From a virus (taxonomy: Duplodnaviria > Heunggongvirae > Uroviricota > Caudoviricetes): DNA of 26,796 nucleotides. The translations under genes were made by a program, and so were the position numbers. Under the pieces are notes generated by a model. That model was not told the DNA's origin. It was given only the letters and a program-made list of their open reading frames with translations, and did no database searches. Below are positions 16,111-25,177 of the stretch, in pieces; the stretch's first letter is position 1, and each line of letters opens with the position of its first letter. The DNA lies in the IMG/VR virus record IMGVR_UViG_3300045988_147492, one strand, 5' to 3'.

Positions 16111-18360
16111 ATGAGCACAAAATTCAGAACCGTTATCACCACTGCCGGTGCAGCAAAGCTGGCAGCGGCAACCGCACCGGGAGGGCGGAAGGTCAACATT
16201 ACCACGATGGCCGTCGGGGATGGCGGTGGTAAATTGCCTGTCCCGGATGCCGGACAGACCGGGCTTATCCATGAAGTCTGGCGACATGCGCTGAACAAAA
16301 TCAGCCAGGACAAACGAAACAGTAATTATATTATCGCAGAGCTGGTTATTCCGCCGGAGGTGGGCGGTTTCTGGATGCGTGAGCTTGGCCTGTACGATGA
16401 TGCTGGAACGTTAATTGCTGTGGCGAACATGGCCGAAAGTTATAAGCCTGCCCTTGCCGAAGGCTCAGGGCGTTCGCAGACCTGCCGCATGGTCATCATC
16501 GTCAGCAGTGTGGCCTCAGTGGCGCTGACCATTGACACCACAACGGTGATGGCGACGCAGGATTACGTTGATGACAAAATTGCAGAGCACGAACAGTCAC
16601 GACGTCACCCGGACGCCTCGCTGACCGCAAAAGGTTTTACTCAGTTAAGCAGTGCGACCAACAGCACGTCTGAAACACTGGCCGCAACGCCGAAAGCGGT
16701 AAAGGCCGCTTATGATCTTGCTAACGGGAAATATACCGCGCAGGATGCCACCACAGCGCGAAAAGGCCTTGTCCAGCTCAGTAGCGCCACCAATAGCGAT
16801 TCTGAAACGCTTGCGGCAACGCCAAAGGCGGTAAAGGCAGCATATGACCTCGCTAACGGGAAATATACCGCACAGGATGCCACCACCGCGCGAAAAGGTC
16901 TTGTCCAGCTAAGTAGCGCCACCAACAGCGATTCTGAAACGCTGGCTGCAACGCCAAAGGCGGTTAAGACAGCGTATGACCTTGCTAACGGGAAATACAC
17001 TGCACAGGATGCCACCACCGCGCGGAAAGGCCTTGTCCAGCTCAGTAGCGCCACCAACAGTGATTCTGAAACGCAGGCCGCAACACCAAAAGCGGTGAAG
17101 TCTGCCTATGACAATGCTGAAAAACGTCTTCAGAAAGATCAGAACGGTGCGGATATTCCTGATAAAGGACGCTTCCTGAGTAACATTAATGTTTACAGCA
17201 AAGGTGAAGTGGATAAGAAAAAGGGAATGCGAAAGTATTCGTTTGCAGCCCCTGCAAATGTCGTTGCCGGGAAGTGGTATCCCGTTATCTTTCGCCGTGC
17301 TGCCAGCCTTTCAGGAGAAATGGCATCCCGCGTCGTTATTTCCACTGGTTGTTATAACAGCGATTATGTAATGAATAACTGCGAGTTTAATGGCATGGTT
17401 ATGCCCGGAGGCTGGACTGATCGTGGTTCATATGCGGCAGGTTATTTCTGGACGTATCAGACTAATGAGCGTTCAATCCATTCCATTGTTACAAGCCTGA
17501 AAGATGATGATGTATGTAGTGTTTTTTATGTTGAAGCCAGAGCTTTCCCTGTGCAAATTCTTGCAGAGGAAGGGCTAACGGTTATTGTTCCGACAGAGGA
17601 TTATGTCGTCGGTCAAACGACATATAAGTGGGGGGCAACTAATCCTGCTACAGAAAGCACGAACGCACAGGCTATTCTGGATTTTAAAAATGGGCGCGGT
17701 TATTACTGCTCACATCCATTTATTTCCAGCCTTTCGGGAAATGCTGCAACAGCAACGAAGTTAGCGAACGCAAGAAATATTAATGGTGTCAGATTTGATG
17801 GCTCTGCTGATATAAATATTAATACACTGGTATCCAGAAACCGTGTTACTGCATTAGGTGGGAGCGTAAAGGGGACACCAGGTATTCAGATGTATGAGGC
17901 ATACAACAATGGCTACCCAACAGCCTATGGTAATGTGCTTCATCTCACTGGCGTAACCGCAGTAGGAGAGGGTGAGTTACTTATTGGCTGGAGTGGAACC
18001 AGCGGTGCTCATGCTCCGGCATATATTCGCTCCCGACGAGATACCACAGATGCTAACTGGTCTGGATGGGCGCAACTATATACAACTGCTCATAAACCCT
18101 CAGCGGGAGATGTTGGTGCATACACCAAAGCTGAATCAGATTCACGTTATGTGAGAGACATGCGGCTGGGCGGTGCATCTACATATAAACCAGCAAATAA
18201 TGGTACTACATGGACGCATCAGGCTCCGCCAGGTTGCGTATATACCGGCATTATTGTTCAGGATACCGGCTCAAACTCTGCCGATAACATTGGTGGCGTA
18301 TATTACAGACCGGTGCAGAAATACATTAACGGGACATGGTATAACGTGGCGCAGGTATAA
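16111..18360 (+). CDS. H: Tail fibre protein H (749 aa) with a conserved N-terminus, about four tandem 40-aa repeats, and an AT-richer divergent C-terminal receptor-binding region
   Basis: The position matches P2 gpH, but the protein is about 80 aa longer than P2 H (recalled as 669 aa). Repeats of TARKGLVQLSSATNSDSETLAATPKAVKAAYDLANGKYTAQDAT are visible in the translation. Confidence 0.9.
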   Translation: MSTKFRTVITTAGAAKLAAATAPGGRKVNITTMAVGDGGGKLPVPDAGQTGLIHEVWRHALNKISQDKRNSNYIIAELVIPPEVGGFWMRELGLYDDAGTLIAVANMAESYKPALAEGSGRSQTCRMVIIVSSVASVALTIDTTTVMATQDYVDDKIAEHEQSRRHPDASLTAKGFTQLSSATNSTSETLAATPKAVKAAYDLANGKYTAQDATTARKGLVQLSSATNSDSETLAATPKAVKAAYDLANGKYTAQDATTARKGLVQLSSATNSDSETLAATPKAVKTAYDLANGKYTAQDATTARKGLVQLSSATNSDSETQAATPKAVKSAYDNAEKRLQKDQNGADIPDKGRFLSNINVYSKGEVDKKKGMRKYSFAAPANVVAGKWYPVIFRRAASLSGEMASRVVISTGCYNSDYVMNNCEFNGMVMPGGWTDRGSYAAGYFWTYQTNERSIHSIVTSLKDDDVCSVFYVEARAFPVQILAEEGLTVIVPTEDYVVGQTTYKWGATNPATESTNAQAILDFKNGRGYYCSHPFISSLSGNAATATKLANARNINGVRFDGSADININTLVSRNRVTALGGSVKGTPGIQMYEAYNNGYPTAYGNVLHLTGVTAVGEGELLIGWSGTSGAHAPAYIRSRRDTTDANWSGWAQLYTTAHKPSAGDVGAYTKAESDSRYVRDMRLGGASTYKPANNGTTWTHQAPPGCVYTGIIVQDTGSNSADNIGGVYYRPVQKYINGTWYNVAQV
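16621..17110 (+). repeat. In-frame tandem repeat array inside H: about 3.8 copies of a 120-bp unit
   Basis: Near-identical 120-bp units with synonymous differences begin at about 16621, 16741, 16861 and 16981; they also generate the spurious antisense ORF at 16710-17057. Confidence 0.85.
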
Positions 18361-18363
18361 TTT

Positions 18364-18891
18364 ATGCAGCATTTGATAAATATAACGGCAGGTAATCCAA
18401 AAACGGTTGAACAATATCAATTGACAAAGAACTTTGATGTCGTCTGGTTTTTTACAGAAGATGGTAAGAACTGGTACGAAGAACAAAAGTATTTTGCTGA
18501 TGACACGATAAAAATAGCGTACGACAAAGATAATATCATCCGCTATGTGGAAAAGGATGTGACAGCTATCAGACCGGATGGATTAAGTGTTGTTGAAGTG
18601 GCGGATATTACTGCTAACCGACGGGCGGACATTTCAGGGAACTGGATGTTTAAGGACGGCAAAGTGATTAAACGCATTTATACGGCAGAGGAATTACAGC
18701 AGCAGGCAGAAATTCGGAAAGCCAGACTTCTTGCAGATGCTGAATCCGTGATTTTGCCGCTGGAGCGCGCGGTCAGACTGAACATGGCAACAGATGAGGA
18801 GCGTAGCCGACTGGAATCATGGGAACGCTACAGCGTTCTGGTCAGTCGTGTGGATCCTGCAAATCCTGAATGGCCGGAAATGCCGCAATAA
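18364..18891 (+). CDS. G: Tail fibre assembly chaperone G (175 aa)
   Basis: Size and position match P2 gpG; the AT-richer composition continues from the 3' part of H, consistent with a swapped H-C-terminus/G module. Confidence 0.88.
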   Translation: MQHLINITAGNPKTVEQYQLTKNFDVVWFFTEDGKNWYEEQKYFADDTIKIAYDKDNIIRYVEKDVTAIRPDGLSVVEVADITANRRADISGNWMFKDGKVIKRIYTAEELQQQAEIRKARLLADAESVILPLERAVRLNMATDEERSRLESWERYSVLVSRVDPANPEWPEMPQ

Positions 18892-19106
18892 GTTGTATTA
18901 GCTTACATATCTATGGCACAGAGTAAAGCCTAATCTGACAGTCCGCTCTGTGCCAGAAGCGGATGTTGTAAAGTTTATTTGGAGAATAATGGTTAGATGA
19001 ACTATGTAGATCATAGCCCTCAAAAGTCAGTAGTCTTACACCATATAAATAGTCATTTAGAGATAGTACACCACCTACAAAAAAAGAGATAAAGCGCGCA
19101 AGCTGC

Positions 19107-19259
19107 ATGAAGATACATAAAATGCTTCATCCTGGACTTGATGTTAGAATTAATGCTGACACTCGCTTTGTAAAAGATAAAGATGATTTTGAGGATGATT
19201 GGTTTATTAATTATCTCCAATGTTTGTTGTTTTGTGATGATAAAGATTCTCTGGATTAA
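19107..19259 (+). CDS. Small acidic hypothetical protein (50 aa) in the G-FI cargo island
   Basis: ATG at 19107 and stop at 19257-19259, about 20 nt before a bidirectional terminator. Too short for the ORF track; no strong Shine-Dalgarno, so coding status is uncertain. Confidence 0.3.
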   Translation: MKIHKMLHPGLDVRINADTRFVKDKDDFEDDWFINYLQCLLFCDDKDSLD

Positions 19260-19277
19260 TAGGATAGTAATTCAATT

Positions 19278-19306
19278 AAAAGAGACCTTATAGAAGGTCT
19301 CTTTTA
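19278..19306. terminator. Bidirectional rho-independent terminator (stem agagacctt / aaggtctct, loop atag, flanked by A-run and T-run)
   Basis: 9-bp perfect stem at 19281-19289 and 19294-19302, with aaa upstream and tttt downstream. It lies between the convergent small plus-strand ORF and the minus-strand membrane protein gene. Confidence 0.6.
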
Positions 19307-19329
19307 AGTTATGGGGGCTGATTTTATAT

Positions 19330-19707
19330 TCAATAGCGTATGCTCATCGAAGAAATAAACTCATAAAATGTAAAGACAGCCAGCAAAAACATACAGATAA
19401 AGATAAGGGAAATAGCACACTTAACTAAGGGCTGAACCCCCCGAGGTGTTCCCCATGGTTTAGACATTTGGGTTATAACCCAAATAAATAAGGCCACAAA
19501 ACAGCAAACACCAGCCAATCCGAGCAGAGATATTATGACAACTCCAAACAGATTTCCAACATCTAGTTTATCTGTTTTTGCAACTAGGGTTAACAAACCA
19601 GCAATAATAGTTGCAATCGATATTCCCGCAATGGTTGTGAGATCGGCGATAACAGCCAGTTTTTCTTTAGTATTTCCTTGAGTAAAAACCTCTAAAATTG
19701 ATTTCAT
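19330..19707 (-). CDS. Integral membrane protein (125 aa, about three transmembrane helices); candidate lysogenic-conversion or superinfection-exclusion cargo at the P2 Z/fun position
   Basis: ATG at 19707 with an AGGTGG Shine-Dalgarno upstream on the minus strand; the track's 129-aa form starts at an upstream GTG. Three hydrophobic segments (LAVIADLTTIAGISIATIIAGLLTLVA, LFGVVIISLLGLAGVCCFVALFIWVI, LVKCAISLIFICMFLLAVFTFYEFI). AT-rich; ends just before the bidirectional terminator. Confidence 0.6.
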   Translation of the reverse strand: MKSILEVFTQGNTKEKLAVIADLTTIAGISIATIIAGLLTLVAKTDKLDVGNLFGVVIISLLGLAGVCCFVALFIWVITQMSKPWGTPRGVQPLVKCAISLIFICMFLLAVFTFYEFISSMSIRY

Positions 19708-19749
19708 GGAAATAACCACCTACTATCGATTATATTCAGGAGCTTTTTA

Positions 19750-19959
19750 TCATAACGATATCAGATAGATAAGGACATTGTAATATTTTGGATGATTTAA
19801 ACTTGCTTTTGTAACTTTAATGTCCACTTTTCGCTCAAAGCAGACTGTCAGATTTGATAGCATTTGGGTTATGTAAATTGTCAGTCGGAAAATGAGTGTG
19901 TACAAATCAGGACAGGCGGGCGAATTGCCCGCATTTTCTTTATCTGTTGTTTCATCCAC
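19750..19959 (-). CDS. Doubtful small ORF (69 aa, GTG start) upstream of the membrane protein gene
   Basis: Present in the ORF track, but it has no clear Shine-Dalgarno and overlaps the predicted FI late-promoter region; it may simply be 5' leader of the membrane-protein transcript. Confidence 0.15.
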   Translation of the reverse strand: MDETTDKENAGNSPACPDLYTLIFRLTIYITQMLSNLTVCFERKVDIKVTKASLNHPKYYNVLIYLISL

Positions 19960-20037
19960 TGACCAGCCAGGTCAAATAGCGTCTCATGCTCTGCACAACA
20001 GAAAATAATTGCACCCATTAACCACGGAGTTAAACGG
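19944..20037 (+). promoter_or_regulatory. Late promoter region for FI-FII-E-T-U-D; candidate activator element CTGTTGTtTCA...CCA at 19944-19965
   Basis: The 22-bp element shares CTGTTGTnTCA...CCA with the element at 7310-7331 upstream of O. It lies about 75-95 bp upstream of the FI ATG; GGAG Shine-Dalgarno at 20026-20029. Confidence 0.35.
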
Positions 20038-21228
20038 ATGAGCGACTATCATCATGGCGTGCAGGTGCTGGAGATTAACGACGGCACCCGCGTCATTTCC
20101 ACTGTATCCACCGCCATTGTCGGCATGGTCTGCACGGCCAGCGATGCGGATGCGGAAACCTTCCCCCTCAATAAACCGGTGCTGATTACCAATGTGCAGA
20201 GCGCAATTGCAAAGGCTGGTAAAAAAGGCACGCTGGCGGCGTCGTTGCAGGCCATCGCTGACCAGTCAAAACCGGTCACCGTTGTTGTGCGCGTGGAAGA
20301 CGGCACCGGCGACGACGAAGAAACGAAACTCGCGCAGACCGTTTCCAATATCATCGGCACCACCGACGAAAACGGTCAGTACACCGGACTGAAAGCCCTG
20401 CTGGCGGCGGAGTCGGTAACCGGTGTTAAACCGCGTATTCTCGGTGTGCCGGGACTGGATACCAAAGAGGTGGCTGTTGCACTGGCATCCGTCTGTCAGA
20501 AGCTGCGCGCTTTCGGATATATCAGCGCATGGGGCTGTAAGACCATTTCCGAGGTGAAAGCCTACCGCCAGAATTTCAGCCAGCGTGAGCTGATGGTCAT
20601 CTGGCCGGATTTCCTCGCATGGGATACGGTCACCAGTACCACCGCCACCGCGTATGCCACCGCCCGTGCGCTGGGTCTGCGCGCTAAAATCGACCAGGAG
20701 CAGGGCTGGCATAAAACGCTGTCCAATGTCGGGGTGAACGGTGTTACCGGCATCAGCGCATCTGTATTCTGGGATTTGCAGGAGTCCGGCACCGATGCTG
20801 ACCTGCTGAACGAGTCAGGCGTCACAACGCTGATTCGCCGTGACGGTTTCCGCTTCTGGGGTAACCGTACCTGCTCTGATGACCCGCTGTTCCTCTTTGA
20901 AAACTACACCCGCACCGCGCAGGTGCTGGCCGACACGATGGCTGAGGCGCACATGTGGGCGGTGGATAAGCCCATCACTGCAACGCTGATTCGCGACATC
21001 GTTGACGGCATCAATGCCAAATTCCGTGAGCTGAAAACAAACGGCTATATCGTGGATGCGACCTGCTGGTTCAGCGAAGAATCCAACGATGCGGAAACCC
21101 TCAAGGCCGGAAAACTGTATATCGACTACGACTATACTCCGGTGCCTCCTCTCGAAAACCTGACCCTGCGCCAGCGTATTACTGATAAATACCTGGCAAA
21201 TCTGGTCACCTCGGTTAACAGCAATTAA
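20038..21228 (+). CDS. FI: Contractile tail sheath protein (396 aa)
   Basis: Size and position match P2 gpFI. Confidence 0.93.
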   Translation: MSDYHHGVQVLEINDGTRVISTVSTAIVGMVCTASDADAETFPLNKPVLITNVQSAIAKAGKKGTLAASLQAIADQSKPVTVVVRVEDGTGDDEETKLAQTVSNIIGTTDENGQYTGLKALLAAESVTGVKPRILGVPGLDTKEVAVALASVCQKLRAFGYISAWGCKTISEVKAYRQNFSQRELMVIWPDFLAWDTVTSTTATAYATARALGLRAKIDQEQGWHKTLSNVGVNGVTGISASVFWDLQESGTDADLLNESGVTTLIRRDGFRFWGNRTCSDDPLFLFENYTRTAQVLADTMAEAHMWAVDKPITATLIRDIVDGINAKFRELKTNGYIVDATCWFSEESNDAETLKAGKLYIDYDYTPVPPLENLTLRQRITDKYLANLVTSVNSN

Positions 21229-21240
21229 GGAGCCTGACCG

Positions 21241-21759
21241 ATGGCAATGCCGCGCAAACTCAAGTTAATGAACGTCTTTCTGAACGGCTACAGCTATCAG
21301 GGCGTTGCAAAGTCCGTCACGCTGCCAAAACTGACCCGTAAGCTCGAAAACTATCGCGGTGCGGGGATGAACGGCAGCGCACCGGTAGACCTCGGCCTTG
21401 ATGACGATGCGCTGTCAATGGAGTGGTCGCTCGGGGGCTTCCCGGATTCGGTTATCTGGGAGCTTTACGCCGCAACCGGCGTGGATGCCGTACCGATTCG
21501 TTTTGCAGGCTCTTACCAGCGCGACGATACCAGCGAAACGGTGGCCGTTGAAGTGGTCATGCGTGGACGTCAGAAAGAAATCGACACCGGCGAGGGTAAA
21601 CAGGGAGAAGACACCGAGTCGAAAATCTCCGTAGTCTGCACCTATTTCCGGCTGACGATGGACGGTAAGGAGCTGGTCGAAATCGACACCATCAACATGA
21701 TTGAGAAGGTGAACGGCGTCGACCGGCTGGAGCAACACCGCCGCAATATCGGCCTGTGA
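21241..21759 (+). CDS. FII: Tail tube protein (172 aa)
   Basis: Size and position match P2 gpFII. Confidence 0.92.
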   Translation: MAMPRKLKLMNVFLNGYSYQGVAKSVTLPKLTRKLENYRGAGMNGSAPVDLGLDDDALSMEWSLGGFPDSVIWELYAATGVDAVPIRFAGSYQRDDTSETVAVEVVMRGRQKEIDTGEGKQGEDTESKISVVCTYFRLTMDGKELVEIDTINMIEKVNGVDRLEQHRRNIGL

Positions 21760-21815
21760 TTTTCATCCGGTCAGCCTGGCTGACCGGTTAACCCCGATTC
21801 AGAAGTGAGAAAACC

Positions 21816-22091
21816 ATGAACAAAGAAAATGTGATTACCCTGGACAATCCGGTCAAGCGTGGTGAGCAGGTTATCGAACAGGTCACGCTGATGAAACCTA
21901 ATGCCGGGACGCTGCGCGGTGTCAGTCTGGCTGCGGTCGCAAACTCCGAAGTCGATGCATTGATTAAGGTGCTGCCGCGCATGACGGCACCGATGCTGAC
22001 CGAGCAGGAGGTCGCCGCGCTGGAACTGCCTGACCTTGTGGCGCTGGCCGGTAAGGTGGTCGGTTTTTTGTCGCCGAACTCGGTGCAGTGA
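21816..22091 (+). CDS. E: Tail assembly chaperone E (91 aa)
   Basis: Size and position match P2 gpE; it ends ...VVGFLSPNSVQ with the slippery run GGTTTTTTG near its 3' end. Confidence 0.88.
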   Translation: MNKENVITLDNPVKRGEQVIEQVTLMKPNAGTLRGVSLAAVANSEVDALIKVLPRMTAPMLTEQEVAALELPDLVALAGKVVGFLSPNSVQ

Positions 22092-22243
22092 CGTTTCCGA
22101 AAAATCTGTCGGTCGATGACCTGATGGCAGATGTGGCAGTGATATTTCACTGGCCGCCATCAGAACTGTATCCCATGAGCCTGACCGAACTCATCACATG
22201 GCGCGAAAAGGCGCTCCGGCGAAGCGGAAACACGAATGAGTAA
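21816..22243 (+). CDS. E+E': E+E' frameshift-extended tail assembly chaperone (about 141 aa), made by a programmed -1 ribosomal frameshift at T TTT TTG (22064-22070)
   Basis: Translating by hand, the -1 frame from 22070 is open to a TAA at 22241-22243 and reads VAELGAVTFPKNLSVDDLMADVAVIFHWPPSELYPMSLTELITWREKALRRSGNTNE. Total length is close to the 142 aa recalled for P2 E+E'. The extension ends overlapping the start of T, as in the conserved chaperone/tape-measure arrangement. Confidence 0.75.
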
Positions 22244-24683
22244 CAATGTAAAATTACAGGTATTGCTCAGGGCTGTTGACCAGGCATCCCGCCCGTTTAA
22301 ATCCATCCGCACAGCGAGCAAATCGCTGTCGGGGGATATCCGGGAAACACAAAAATCACTGCGCGAGCTGAACGGTCAGGCATCCCGTATTGAGGGATTT
22401 CGCAAGACCAGTGCACAGCTCGCCGTGACTGGTCATGCACTTGAAAAGGCGCGGCAGGAAGCCGAAGCCCTTGCCACACAGTTTAAAAATACCGAACGAC
22501 CGACCCGTGCTCAGGCGAAAGTGCTGGAATCCGCAAAGCGTGCGGCGGAGGACTTACAGGCGAAATATAACCGCCTGACGGATTCCGTTAAACGCCAGCA
22601 GCGGGAACTGGCCGTTGTGGGAATTAATACCCGCAATCTTGCACATGATGAGCAGGGACTGAAAAACCGTATCAGTGAAACCACCGCACAGCTTAACCGT
22701 CAGCGTGACGCGCTGGCGCGTGTCAGTGCACAACAGGCAAAACTTAACGCAGTCAAACAGCGTTATCAGGCAGGAAAGGAACTGGCCGGAAATATGGCCT
22801 CAGTGGGCGCTGCCGGTGTGGGGATTGCTGCTGCGGGAACGATGGCCGGAGTTAAGCTGCTGATGCCCGGTTATGAGTTTGCGCAGAAAAACTCAGAATT
22901 ACAGGCTGTGCTCGGAGTGGCAAAAGACTCCACCGAAATGGCCGCATTACGCAAACAGGCGCGCCAGCTCGGCGACAATACCGCAGCCTCGGCAGATGAT
23001 GCAGCCGGTGCGCAGATTATCATTGCGAAAGCCGGTGGGGATGTTGATGCCATTCAGGCGGCAACGCCGGTTACACTGAATATGGCGCTGGCGAACCGCC
23101 GCACGATGGAAGAAAACGCCGCCCTGCTGATGGGGATGAAATCTGCCTTTCAGCTTTCAAACGATAAGGTCGCTCATATCGGGGATGTTCTCTCCATGAC
23201 GATGAACAAAACCGCCGCCGATTTTGACGGCATGAGCGATGCGCTGACCTATGCCGCACCTGTGGCAAAAAATGCCGGTGTCAGCATTGAAGAAACCGCC
23301 GCAATGGTCGGGGCGCTGCATGATGCAAAAATCACAGGCTCAATGGCGGGGACGGGAAGCCGTGCCGTGTTAAGCCGCCTGCAGGCACCGACAGGAAAAG
23401 CATGGGATGCACTCAAAGAGCTTGGTGTGAAAACCTCAGACAGTAAGGGAAACACCCGACCAGTATTTACCATTCTGAAAGAAATGCAGGCCAGTTTTGA
23501 GAAAAACCGGCTCGGTACTGCCCAGCAGGCTGAATACATGAAAACCATTTTCGGGGAGGAGGCCAGTTCAGCCGCCGCCGTGCTGATGACTGCCGCCTCA
23601 ACCGGAAAGCTGGACAAACTGACCGCTGCGTTTAAAGCCTCAGACGGGAAAACTGCAGAGCTGGTAAATATCATGCAGGACAATCTCGGCGGTGACTTTA
23701 AGGAGTTTCAGTCCGCTTATGAGGCGGTGGGGACAGACCTGTTTGACCAGCAGGAAGGCGCACTTCGTAATCTCACGCAGACGGCCACAAAGTATGTGTT
23801 AAAACTCGACGGCTGGATCCAGAAAAACAAATCACTGGCGTCAACCATCGGCATCATTGCCGGTGGCGCACTGGCGCTTACTGGCATCATCGGTGCCATT
23901 GGTCTTGTAGCCTGGCCGGTTATCACCGGCATCAATGCCATCATCGCGGCAGCAGGCGCAATGGGGGCAATCTTCACGACGGTTGGCAGTGCTGTTATGA
24001 CGGCCATCGGGGCGATTAGCTGGCCGGTTGTGGCCGTGGTGGCCGCCATTGTCGCCGGGGCGTTGCTTATCCGTAAATACTGGGAGCCTGTCAGCGCATT
24101 CTTCGGCGGTGTGGTTGAAGGGCTGAAAGCGGCATTTGCGCCGGTGGGGGAGCTGTTCTCGCCACTGAAACCGGTGTTTGACTGGCTGGGCGAAAAGTTA
24201 CAGGCCGCGTGGCAGTGGTTTAAAAACCTGATTGCCCCGGTCAAAGCCACCCAGGACACCCTGAACCGTTGCCGTGATACTGGCGTCATGTTCGGGCAGG
24301 CACTGGCTGACGCGCTGATGCTGCCGCTTAATGCGTTCAACAAACTGCGCAGCGGAATTGACTGGGTACTGGAAAAACTCGGTGTTATCAACAAAGAGTC
24401 AGACACACTTGACCAGACCGCCGCCAGAACTCAAGCCGCCACGTATGGCAGCGGTGGTTATATTCCGGCGACCAGCTCTTATGCAGGCTATCAGGCTTAT
24501 CAGCCGGTCACGGCACCGGCTGGCCGCTCTTATGTGGACCAGAGTAAAAACGAATATCACATCAGCCTAGCGGGCGGTACTGCGCCGGGGACACAGCTCG
24601 ACCGCCAGTTACAGGATGCGCTCGAAAAATACGAGCGGGATAAACGTGCGCGCGCCCGTGCCAGCATGATGCATGACGGTTAA
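22236..24683 (+). CDS. T: Tail tape measure protein (815 aa)
   Basis: Size and position match P2 gpT; N-terminal coiled-coil-like region and Gly/Ala-rich hydrophobic central segments typical of tape measure proteins. Confidence 0.93.
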   Translation: MSNNVKLQVLLRAVDQASRPFKSIRTASKSLSGDIRETQKSLRELNGQASRIEGFRKTSAQLAVTGHALEKARQEAEALATQFKNTERPTRAQAKVLESAKRAAEDLQAKYNRLTDSVKRQQRELAVVGINTRNLAHDEQGLKNRISETTAQLNRQRDALARVSAQQAKLNAVKQRYQAGKELAGNMASVGAAGVGIAAAGTMAGVKLLMPGYEFAQKNSELQAVLGVAKDSTEMAALRKQARQLGDNTAASADDAAGAQIIIAKAGGDVDAIQAATPVTLNMALANRRTMEENAALLMGMKSAFQLSNDKVAHIGDVLSMTMNKTAADFDGMSDALTYAAPVAKNAGVSIEETAAMVGALHDAKITGSMAGTGSRAVLSRLQAPTGKAWDALKELGVKTSDSKGNTRPVFTILKEMQASFEKNRLGTAQQAEYMKTIFGEEASSAAAVLMTAASTGKLDKLTAAFKASDGKTAELVNIMQDNLGGDFKEFQSAYEAVGTDLFDQQEGALRNLTQTATKYVLKLDGWIQKNKSLASTIGIIAGGALALTGIIGAIGLVAWPVITGINAIIAAAGAMGAIFTTVGSAVMTAIGAISWPVVAVVAAIVAGALLIRKYWEPVSAFFGGVVEGLKAAFAPVGELFSPLKPVFDWLGEKLQAAWQWFKNLIAPVKATQDTLNRCRDTGVMFGQALADALMLPLNAFNKLRSGIDWVLEKLGVINKESDTLDQTAARTQAATYGSGGYIPATSSYAGYQAYQPVTAPAGRSYVDQSKNEYHISLAGGTAPGTQLDRQLQDALEKYERDKRARARASMMHDG

Positions 24684-24697
24684 GGAGGTGACGAAAA

Positions 24698-25177
24698 ATG
24701 ATGCTCGCGTTAGGTATGTTTGTTTTTATGCGCCAGACGCTGCCACACCAGACCATGCAGCGTGAAGCGGATTATCGCTGGCCGTCAAATTCCCGTATCG
24801 GTAAACGGGATGCCTACCAGTTTCTCGGTGTGGGTGAGGAAAACATCACGCTGGCCGGTGTGCTTTATCCCGAACTGACCGGCGGAAAGCTGACGATGAC
24901 CACGCTCAGGCTGATGGCAGATGAAGGCCAGGCGTGGCCGTTGCTGGATGGCACTGGCATGATTTACGGCATGTATGTCATCAGCAGGGTGAGTGAAACA
25001 GGGAGTATTTTCTTTGCAGACGGCACACCCCGGAAAATTGATTTTACGCTGTCGCTCACCCGCGTTGATGAATCACTGGCCGCGCTTTATGGCGATATCG
25101 GTAAACAGGCGGAGTCGCTCATCGATAAGGCCGGTAGTCTGGCGACCAGATTCACGGGGATGACGGGGGCGGAATAA
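24698..25177 (+). CDS. U: Tail protein U (159 aa)
   Basis: Size and position match P2 gpU. Confidence 0.9.
   Translation: MMLALGMFVFMRQTLPHQTMQREADYRWPSNSRIGKRDAYQFLGVGEENITLAGVLYPELTGGKLTMTTLRLMADEGQAWPLLDGTGMIYGMYVISRVSETGSIFFADGTPRKIDFTLSLTRVDESLAALYGDIGKQAESLIDKAGSLATRFTGMTGAE

Noticed and set aside
16710-17057. Minus-strand 115-aa ORF with an internally repeated sequence
   Set aside because: It is the antisense reading of the tandem repeat array in H; the repetition comes from the coding-strand repeats, not from an independent gene.
16621-17110. Possible CRISPR array (regularly spaced repeats)
   Set aside because: The units are contiguous 120-bp in-frame tandem repeats with no unique spacers, inside a long ORF; this is a protein repeat, not a CRISPR array.
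18915-18954. Inverted repeat ggcacagag ... ctctgtgcc after G as a terminator
   Set aside because: The 22-nt loop is too long and there is no following T-run for a convincing intrinsic terminator; it may be a protein-binding site or fortuitous.
18911-19108. Minus-strand 65-aa ORF in the G-FI island
   Set aside because: No ribosome-binding site; it overlaps a 9-bp stem hairpin (18915-18954) and the start of the plus-strand small ORF, with no supporting features. More likely non-coding.
23071-24406. Minus-strand ORFs inside the tape measure gene (23249-23683, 23717-24406)
   Set aside because: Antisense to T; Ala/Ser/Pro-rich low-complexity translations mirroring the Ala/Gly-rich tape measure sequence.
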